The notes under the pieces were generated by a model, which had not been told where the DNA came from, did no database searches, and saw only the letters and a list, made by a program, of their open reading frames with translations. A program made the position numbers and the translations under genes. Shown piece by piece: positions 40,624 through 51,000 of a stretch of DNA of 64,000 bases; the stretch's first letter is position 1, and each line of letters opens with the position of its first letter. The stretch spans positions 620,115 through 684,114 of the forward strand of contig OZ246408.1 of the NCBI GenBank assembly GCA_965231015.1, in the 5' to 3' direction. Origin of the DNA: an uncultured Gammaproteobacteria bacterium. Lineage in GTDB: Bacteria > Patescibacteriota > Patescibacteriia > UBA9934 > CAZDDW01.

Positions 40624-41550
40624 TTACAATTTATCAATTTTCAATTTTATGATTTCATCCCAGTGAAGTGGTTTGGCAAAATCTTGTTTGAGCCCTGATA
40701 CCTCCTCCCCAACCACCTCAATTTCTGGTAAACCGATTATACCATATCCAGCCTCACTGGCCAGTTTTAAATATTCAATCTGCCCTGCCCGAATATCCAT
40801 CAATTCGCATGCTACCGAATCAACTGCCAAAGCATCAGTTCCGACCAGCGCTACATGCATTGGCACAGCTTCACCGCGAGTAGGACCATCGCCTTCCATA
40901 GCTACAAAACCATCGATGATCGAGAGATCGGGTTTACACTGCCCGTACAGATGAGCAATGGATTTCATGTGTGCGATTAAGCCTTCGTCGTGTAATTGCG
41001 GCCAGCGTGGCCAATACTTACCGTTCGGACCAATCTTACTTGGTGCTACCCATATTCCAACAGACCAATTTTTTACTCCTAGGCTCACTCCAACGTCCCG
41101 ATGAGTTTTCATATTCGTGAGCGAAATCTTGAAACCTGCCTCAACCGCAGTTTTACTCAAACCCTTTTCGATTTTAACCCGATTCCCTGCTCGATCGATC
41201 CGTTTAGCTTCAAGTACTTCATCATCATTTAAATCTAACAGCTGAACATTCTGATATTCCTGTAGCAAATTTTCATACCCAAAATTCCGAAAAGCCGGTT
41301 TAGTGCCGTGGTACGACGCATCCCCAATTACAACCGGTGCACCAGTGTGAGCTCGAATAAAGTCAAGAACGGCTCGCACACCATCAATATGACTAGAAGC
41401 TAACTCTTTTTGGTGATGGACCAGGTTTGGCTTAATGATGACAGAACTCACTGCCTTAAGTCGTTCCACCACCTCATCCTCAAGCAACCGTAGAGCCTCG
41501 GCCACGTTTTCCCGCCTGTAATCCCCTTTGGTTAACGCTACTTTTGTCAT
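40624..41550 (-). CDS. DUF362 family protein
   Basis: IIKPNLV, MKTH, SLGVKN, IIDGFVAMEGDGP, DALAVD. Confidence 0.85.
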   Translation of the reverse strand: MTKVALTKGDYRRENVAEALRLLEDEVVERLKAVSSVIIKPNLVHHQKELASSHIDGVRAVLDFIRAHTGAPVVIGDASYHGTKPAFRNFGYENLLQEYQNVQLLDLNDDEVLEAKRIDRAGNRVKIEKGLSKTAVEAGFKISLTNMKTHRDVGVSLGVKNWSVGIWVAPSKIGPNGKYWPRWPQLHDEGLIAHMKSIAHLYGQCKPDLSIIDGFVAMEGDGPTRGEAVPMHVALVGTDALAVDSVACELMDIRAGQIEYLKLASEAGYGIIGLPEIEVVGEEVSGLKQDFAKPLHWDEIIKLKIDKL

Positions 41551-41588
41551 AAATTAAGAGACGGGGCGTAACCCCGTCCTCCCTTTTT

Positions 41589-42095
41589 TTATTGTTCATC
41601 GGCTTGAATTGCCTGGACCACGCTTGAATCTGGCCGTAAATTTTCTATAAACAGAATGTGATCTCGGTTGATTTCCATGGTCCCTTCCGGGCCATGCATT
41701 TCCGTTCCCAAACGAACCAAACTGGTTTGACTACCCTGTCCTGACGCGGCTTGTTCTCCGGACGCTTCTTGAACCTGCAAGTAATACACTTCGGACATAT
41801 TAATAAATTGATCCTTGCGATTTTCCTCAAGCCGGCCAAAATAAACCTGACCATTAGTCAGAAAAACAGCTTTGTAATCACTGCTCATGCCCTTAGTATC
41901 CGTGTTGGCTGGCGCCTGGCTTTCCAGATCTAAAACCGTATCAATCACAGAATCACTAGAACGAGTAAACCAATAAACAAGGCCTGCCAGAACAGCTACT
42001 GCTAAAACTATAGCCACAACAATAACCAGCTTCGATCCCTTTTCTTGCTCTCCGGGTCGATTATATTGTGGTCGATTTTCTTTTTTAAAAAACAT
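41589..42095 (-). CDS. Single-TM protein of a type common in Patescibacteria
   Basis: TM, then YKAVFLTNGQVYFG...VYYLQ...LGTEMHGPE..M.INRDHILF.ENL; 2 nt after the giant gene stop. Confidence 0.8.
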   Translation of the reverse strand: MFFKKENRPQYNRPGEQEKGSKLVIVVAIVLAVAVLAGLVYWFTRSSDSVIDTVLDLESQAPANTDTKGMSSDYKAVFLTNGQVYFGRLEENRKDQFINMSEVYYLQVQEASGEQAASGQGSQTSLVRLGTEMHGPEGTMEINRDHILFIENLRPDSSVVQAIQADEQ

Positions 42096-42097
42096 AA

Positions 42098-45000
42098 TTA
42101 TTCTTCAATTAATGTATCAGACTCCTCAACCGGAGCTTCTTCAGGCTGGGCTGGCTCCTCTTCCACCACAGTTTCTTCCTGATCGGGATCAACATGTTGA
42201 GTCCCTACATCCTCTTCGACCTCTTCTTCGGTCATAGGCTCGTCATCTTCTACTTCTTCAACTACCTCCTCCTCTTCTTCTTCTCCTTCGGCTATCTCCT
42301 CATCAATTACTGGTTCTTCTTCAACCACCTCTTCCTCTTCTTCTACTGGTTCCTCTTCCTCCGGCTCTTCATCTATCTGTTCGTCCGGATCAACCATGCC
42401 TTCAACCGGATCATTTATATGACACTGGCCGTCCCAATAATAGTTTGTCAGCTGTTTGCACTCGTCCAGGGTATCACAGGCGTTCAAATTATCAACCCCA
42501 CACTCACCTTGATCAATAACCAGCTCAATTTCTTCAGTGGTTCCGTCTGAAATGAACAGCTTGGCATTATTTGAACCAAAAGCGTGCCAACTGAATTCAA
42601 CGCTCTCGCCATACATCTTATCTATCTCAATGTTAAATCCGGTTAAAGTTACATCTTTGATAATGTAGTCAATGTCCTCATGTAAATAGTTCATGAGAGT
42701 AGCAGTAACAATTGGTTGATATTGATACTCTTCCTCAAATTCAACCTGAACATTGGTCTCGTATTTCAGGATGCGAGCCAGACCAACCGTATCACCGTTA
42801 AAGGTAGTGTGTTTCTTTACCACCAAATTATCAACCTCGCCACTCATAACGAGAGTCGAACCACTTCCCTGTTCAACAGACTCAGTTTCTTGAATATCAT
42901 TCATACTATTTTGTATTGTCTCAATCACTCCCTGTTGATCCTGAATTGATTTCATCACAAGCGGAATAAAACTCTTATAATCCACCATCTTATACCCGTC
43001 CGAACGAGTGGTTACGGCAATTGGATAAATATCTTCAACCTGTTGAGCAATTACCCCGTGGTAGAATGTTTCATCATCGTCTGTAAAAGCTGATCTGTAT
43101 CGGAAATCCACAATCTCAACGGCCATTAAATCTTCAATGGAAAGTTCAGTAGCGGTGATATCCCGCTTCAAGCGCTCGTCTGACGGAGCTGTGGTATCAA
43201 TTGTATTTTGTCCAATGTAAAGAGTAGCTGAGCCTGTACCGTGGGTTTCGTCATCAATTAAATTATCCCCACTATCAACACCGATTGTCACACCAGAAGC
43301 TACCACTAATCCGCCGTTAGTTGGATCAGTGTCGCCAATACCAACGATTCCAGAACTAGATAAACGCATTACTTCTGAACCACTGGTTGAGAAGCCTAAA
43401 GTATCGGCCGAAATTCGGTACATTCCAGTGTTAGAGTCGTCGTTGAACCGGTATGATGGAGAACCAGCTGTTCCGTTTGCGTTAGCAAACGAACTGGCTC
43501 TAACTTGTCCAACAACCTGGAATTTAGTTGAAGGTGAGTCCGTACCAATTCCAACCCTCTCATTAGTAGTATCAATGTTCAAAATTGAAGTACCACCATC
43601 TGCATCTAAGAATTGGAAGCCGTTGGTTGAGTCAGTGCTATTTTGGAAAGTTAATAGATCATTAGTGGTATCGAAGGTTACTGCAGTTTCATCACCATCA
43701 GCCCCAATGTGTAAGGTGGCTGGGCCAAGATATAAATCCTGCCAACGAACTGTGCTTGAACCAAGGTCAAAGGTGTCATCTGCTGATGGAAGAAGGTCGT
43801 CACTTAATATAAAGGTTGTGGTATCGTGTCTTAAATATTCTGTTGTGGCATTGTTGTAATACAAGTACTCATCCAGGGTGATGTTACCATCAGCCTCAAT
43901 ATCATCGGCAACTAAAAGGTCGCTAGTCCCATCGATGTTGCTAGCCACACCACCTCCAACATCAAGCAGAGCCGCTGGACTGTCATCCCCAATTCCCACA
44001 TCTTCTAAAAAGTAGCTTTCCCCGGCTGAAACATAGAGGGCAAATCCACTACTTTGTGTATTTAGTTCCAATAAGTTTGCCGTGGCCGAAGAATTGGTGT
44101 CGCGGAAGCTGGCAAAAGCAGAAGCGGTCGCCGCTGTGCCTCGACGAGCATCAAATACGGAACCGGTACCATTATTGGTCAGGCTTATCATGTTAATGTT
44201 TGAATCTTGGTCAGCACTTAAAACACCCCCTGCGCCATTTTGATCAATCTCAATTGCGTTTCCGGTACCGTCATTTTGAATTTTCAAGACATCCTGATCT
44301 GAACCATCGTCTTCAGTAAATGATACTAGTGGTCCGTCAGCATCAACAGCCGCACGGCGTGAATACACATTCAAACCAATTCCCGGTGCATCGTTTCGAA
44401 CAAACAAAGCCCCGGATGAACTGGTGGCAAACCCAACATCACCAATTTGATCTATCAATAGCGCATTACCTGTACCATCATTGGTCAGATACATTACGTT
44501 TTGATCTGATGCACCATCCTCATAGAGCTCAAACAAGGCATCATCCGTGGTAGCTGCGTCTTCATTTCTGTATAAATAAAGTGCCCCGGCTCCGCCACCG
44601 GCCGTAACTCTTAAACTGGCGGCGTTATTGGTGCTAGCATCACCGATATGAGTAATCGACACAGCATAATTACTGGTGTCAGTTCCACGTACAGCCAACA
44701 TCTCAGAAGGACTATTGGTACCAATTCCCAAATATTTGTTTGTGTCGTCCCAGAAAAGGTTGGCATTATCTTCATCCAAATCCCCGGAAGCATCAGCAAA
44801 CATAACTGAACCGGTAGTAAAGCTAGAATCAAGAGAGCCGGACAAAGTTCCGTAAATTGTGCCATCGACTTCAAGGTCGTCGGCTACCAATAAGTCATCT
44901 GTTCCGTCGATGAAGTTAACAACTCCGCCACCGACATCTAACATGGCCGAAGGTGATGGATCTCCAATCCCAATATACCCCGTATTATCTGTGATCCTTA

Positions 45001-48000
45001 ACCTTTCCGTAGGTACCCCGACCCCATTATCTGTTGCAAAGCTGTGACGGGTGGTGGCATAGAAAGAGAAGTAACCATCTCCAAAGTCAGCGACACCATT
45101 ACTATCAGCTAAAATTTTAGTATTGTGAGCAGCATTTCCGATTTCAATATAATTTCCAACATTATCATACTGAATCGAACTAACGCTTGATCCTCCATCA
45201 TTAAAGTAGATCCAATCTGTTACTCGGATATCACCAGAGACATCAAGTTCAACCCCTGGTGTATTCGTCCCAATACCTAACCGATTATTGCCATCATCCC
45301 AGAATAAGTTGGTGTTATCTTGACTTAATAACCCGGAAGAACCGATAAACGGCATGGAGCCGGTAGTCATATCGGCAATGGATAACGTCTCACCGGTGTT
45401 TAATAACAGATCATCGCCCGGGTTGGTTGGTGATAAATCAGTTCCGGTCTTGGACCAATACGATGACCCTGCACCCAATGAGGCGGTATAAGTTCCAAGA
45501 GCGTTCAAAGCATGAACAATAGAGGTCGAGGTCTCACCGCCGGCACCAATTGTTGAACCAATAGATCCATCATCGGCAAAAATTTCCCCGGCATCATTTA
45601 ATAAATCGTCTCCAAGAGCAGAACCGGTCTGAGTAAAGTAAAGGCTTGGCTCTTGATTATCCCGGAAATGGATCAATCCTCCGCCACCAGATGAATCAGC
45701 GTTCAAAGTGATTAAAGCTCCGCCATTATTTACAGAATCAACTTCAAAATCAACTTCTGAATTACCATTTCCTGCCGTGGCGTGCACATAAAAACGAGCA
45801 TCACCGTTAGTTGACGGATTGTTGCTGATATTAAATTGAGCTATGGAGTCACCATTGGTATTCGTGTTTTGCAGATACACTTGGAAATCAGTGTCTCCGT
45901 TAGTGGAGTTAGAGGTTACCCCGCGATAAATACCTTGCACCTCATTTCCATCACCATTATCCTGAACTAAAAATTGAGCATACCGATTACCCGACATTAA
46001 CATGTCGTCTCCTGTGTGCATAGCCACTACTTGTGTATCAATTCCAATATCATCCGGGTCAATAAAGTTGAACAAACCAACCAGTCCGGTATTCCCTCCC
46101 AAACTTCCTTCGTTGGAATATGGATCAATGATTAAACCACCGGTTAAGGTTGTAAAGTCCACCCCGTCCCCTAGAACCGAATATCCTCCACCGGAATAAC
46201 TATTGTTCATGTAGGCGAGTCCGGATCCAAAATCAATGGCCGGCGGATTGTTGGTGACATCGTTTTGATTAATGGTCAAGGCGGCGTTATTGCTTGTATC
46301 CGGAACTGTAATTTCTACTGCCCCACTGTCCGCAGTGATTGATCGGCCGGCTCCGGCGCCGCCAGTGTCATATGACGCATCCAGAGTTCCGCCGCCGGCA
46401 CCGCCAAAATTCACCACGTAATTTCCCAAACTGTTCAGAGCATGCACAATAGACGTTGAGGTTTCACCACCTCCTCCTATGACTGAACCAAGCGTACCGG
46501 TTGAGCTAAAAATTTCCCCAGCACTATTCAACAAATCGTCTCCCAATGCCGAGTTATACTGCGTAAAATTCAGAGACTCGTTGTCATCCTCAAACTCAAT
46601 CCATGACCTTTGGTTTGGATCCAAGTCAGTGGTGGCCGATATAGTAATGTAGGCGTTTCCAACATATCCCACCCCTTCTTTGTCAGCCTCAATCCAGGTT
46701 TGAGCATCTCCACCGTCGTCGCTATTACGTGAACGTACATGGCTTACAGCATCACTAGAGCCACCGCCATCTGCAATTTCAGAATAAAATTGTGCCTCCA
46801 CATCGTTATCTGAACCAGCATTTTCTAAAGCGGCAATGGTGGCACTTCTGGTTGGCGTACCCGTAAAGAAGTTTTGATTAGAAGCATAAATGGCTGAACC
46901 TTGGGTTTCTCGACCGCTTGTGACCGCGCCGGTAAAATTATAGATTCCGGCTATCCCCATGTCACCGGCTGCAAAATAAGATTCATTGCCATAGGGATCA
47001 TAAATCAAACCACCGGTTGTGGTTCCCAAATCTGGTCCATCACTCATCATGAAAAAATTTGTGGTCAAATCAGCCTCAAGCACCTGCGGTCCGGTTCCGG
47101 AAAACTCGATCGAAGCTCCGCTGTCGGTGTTATTGGTGAGCTGTAAAACTGAAGATTCAACCGTGGTATCATTTTGAACGATTTCCAATCCAACATTACC
47201 AGAACCATCCGGTACAATGATTTGTACTTCATCAGAATCTGCCGTAATAATTCTTCCAGCCCCAGACCCACCGAAGTCATAAGCCATATCCAAAGTTCCA
47301 CCGGCTCCGGCACCAATGCCGGCGGCATATGTTCCGACCGCATTAATAGCGTGAATTAGCGAAAGTGAAGACTCGCTGAAACTTGATCCGATCGTACCGC
47401 TCGAAGAATAAATCTCACCAGGAGCGTTTAGTAAGTCTCCGCCCAGGGCAACACTATCTTGCGTCAAATACAAATTATTTTCTCTTTCATCAACAAAATA
47501 TACATCACCGTCCGGCGACAACAACTGAATTGTTGAAGTACCTCCGGCTGAAGCACTTAAAGTGATAGTTGAATCGTCGGCTATACTGTTATTTGCCTGA
47601 AGTAAAATAGTGGATTCACCGGACGTTCCGGTTGTTTTGCTTGCTCCGACTAAAAATTCTGCATCTCCGGTGTTCGTGGCACTAACCACGTTAAAAGTCA
47701 TGTCGCTGTCACCGGTTGCGGCTGATGTGGTGCGAGCATCAAAATCAATGGACACATCACCGGTTACATCGGTCTCGTTTAAAATAATTCTTGAGTAACG
47801 CGTGATAGTACCGCCGAAATCGTCATCACTATTATTCAAAACGATTTGTTGAGTAGGTACCCCGGCTGTAGCGGCACCAATAAAATTCATAATTCCGGAA
47901 AATCCCTCTGAACCACCAAGCGATGGGTCATTGCCGTACGGATCAATGAATAATCCTGAAGTTAGATCACTAAACTGGGCTCCGTTACCGACAATGCTCC

Positions 48001-51000
48001 AACCACTGGAAAGGTCGTTGGTAATAGCCGCGTAACCGGATCCGAAATCAATTCCACCCGGATAATTGGTCGTATCGTTTTGAGTGATTGATAAAGCGGC
48101 GGTGTTTGAGTTGTCAGGGACTGTAATTTGAACAGCCCCGCTGTCGGCTGTAATTAGTCGACCAGCTCCGGCACCGCCGAAATCATAGGCTTGATCAAGC
48201 GTTCCACCGGCTCCGGCTCCCAGACCGGCTGCATAAGTACCAACCGCGTTTAAAGCATGGACGAGTGAATCAGAGGTTTCACCAGAAACCGATCCGATCG
48301 TTCCGGTGGCTTCAAAAATTTCACCAGCGGCGTTTAATAAATCATCACCAAAGAAAGCACTGTCTTGGGTAAAAGCAAGGTCATCCCGCGTATCCGTAAA
48401 GCTGATAAAACCATCTCCGGTACCATTCAAAACCCGAGCCTGAATTGCTGTGTAAGCATTTCCGTTAGCGGCAACGTTATCAATATATGAACCAAGACTG
48501 GTGTAGGCATGGTGACCTAAATCTTCGTTTATAGATTTAATCTCTACAACTGCATCGTTATCTCCGGTTTCAGCTACCTCAGCGACTAATTGAGCCCGAA
48601 CGTCTTGTCCTCCTTCAGCATCAGTTTCCCAAAGGTATAAATACACAGAACGAGTTGGACTGTCGTTTGGAAAATCATTCATGGCTTGCATGAAAGACAA
48701 GGAACGATCTTGACTCGCCTCATCTGCTCCAATGTAATTTCCGAAACCGACGGCACCCTGATTCAAACCAGTATAAACTGGGTTGTTACCATATGGATCT
48801 ATCATGAATCCAGCATTTATATCTGCAACCGTAACATCGTCAGCTATAGCGATCCAATTACTGGTCAGGTCAGTTAAAAGCGAGTGTCCTCCAACACCGG
48901 TAAACTCAATCGCCGCCCCATCGCCGGCATTACTGATCGTTAAAGCTGACGGGTCATTTGTAGCATCATTTTGAGTAATGGTAAGCACGGAATGATTGGA
49001 ATTGTTCGGGGTAATGAATTGGATCGTTCCCGAGTCAGCCGTAATGGTTCTACCGTTACCGGCACCACCAAAGTCGTAAGCCTGATCCAGTGTACCACCG
49101 CCGCCGGCACCAATTCCGGCCGCATAAGACCCAACCGCATTCAGGGCATGTACTAAAGAATCGGATGTTTCACCAACACCTATTGAAGACCCAATGGTTC
49201 CAGTACTACTGAAGACCTCTCCCGGAGCATTTAACAAGTCATCACCCAAGCTAGAGCCGTATTGAGTGAAGGTCAGCTGGTCATTTTCGTCACGGAATGA
49301 AATCCATGAATCCATGGTGCCAGTATCATCAACCGCGGCTTCTAACTCAATATATGCATCTCCACTATTTCCGGCTCCACGTTTGTGAGCCTCAATGTGT
49401 ACGACCGAATCTCCACCATTATCTTCATGACTTGATTCTAAAACAGCTTCGGCGTCATCTGTGCCACCACCCGGTTCAATCTGAGCCAATGATCTGACTT
49501 CGACATTTCCATCTTCATCTGTTTCAAAAGCACCCACAACAGCCCAACGAGTTGGCGAACCGGTCAGATGGTTTGCGTTACCGGAATAATTAACTGATCC
49601 GGCTAAATTATTTCCGGCTGTTGCCGCTCCAACATAGTTATAATAACCGACCACCCCGTAACCAACCGCTGAAAAGGCCGGACTTACTCCGTAAGGATCA
49701 GCCAATAAACCGCCTGTTGACGTGGTGCCCATGTCGTTGGAGTCTCCCATAACATAATAATTGGAGGTAATATCTTCAAAAGTGGTTGAATAAACACTGG
49801 ATCCGGAAAAATGCAGACCAGATGCTCCGGAAGCATTGTTGGTAATCTGAACAGCCGGGTCAGTAGCCGCGGTATTGTTGTGCGTGGCTAAAAGACTGCT
49901 TCCTTGACTGTAGTTCCTAATCTTTAGTGCCGCGTCAGTAAAATCTTTTCCGTGTGTCACCTCTAAGGCACGCTCAGCCATAGGATTTCCAAAAGTCACA
50001 CTGCCTTCTAAAACATCCGCACTGACCGATTCAGCCGGAAATCCAGGATTACCTCCAATCACGGTTTGAACCGTTGCCACTGTTCCACTAGGATCAAGAG
50101 AAACGAGCTGGTACATACCATCATGAGCCGCTGAGCCAGACACCAAAAATGTTGTGGAAGCTGATTCTGTAATATTTAAACTGCGAAGATTAGTTGAAAA
50201 AGTGATTGTGTTTCCTGATAAAGTTACTGCCTCTGTCAATAATTCATAAGAACTGGTCAAACCAAGAGTTCTTTCATTTCCCATAATTGTCACACCGAAA
50301 GCAAATTCACCAACTGCTGGTTCAGAATTCACAACCAAGGTTGCAGGAAAATCAGTAAAGGTCGTCGTTCCAAGTCCAGAATTCAATTTTAGTAAAGAGT
50401 CACTAAAAGTAGCTGTTTCTGCTTGTCCGGCATCACTAATGTACACCGGCCCGCTGTCAGCTATAATGCTTCGCCCGACACCGGCACCTCCGGTATCATA
50501 TGACTGATCAAGCGTGCCGCCACCGCCACCTAACGAATCTACATATTCCTTATCAACCAAAGATCGGTTTGTGTAGTTTGATGAATAATCAGCTGCATAA
50601 ACAGCTCCTTCAAAACCAACTACATCACTGGTAATCGATATGTTTTCCGGAGAAACATCAAGACTGGTACTTGTAAGATTATTATCATCACTTCTTTCAA
50701 AAGACAGGTCATTTGTTCGCATCCAAGTATTCATGATTTCACCCGTAGCAGAATTCTCAGCCGTGTAGAAAACTCCTCCTGAATCCTGATTCAGTTCGCT
50801 AAAATAAATACCCGTGTTCATTGATTGAATCCATTCATCCTCCCCAATCTCTACCATCATTCCCGTATTCTCAATAATAAAATAATTTCCGTTCAAATCA
50901 AACGTACGATCTTCAGAAAGAGAACCGTCGGAATTGAAGATATTAATACTTGCATTATCTACATATTCCTTATCAACCAAAGATCGGTTTGTGTAGTCAG

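Noticed and set aside
42098-42400. Glu-rich low-complexity DNA as a repeat element
   Set aside because: Simply the acidic tail of the giant protein
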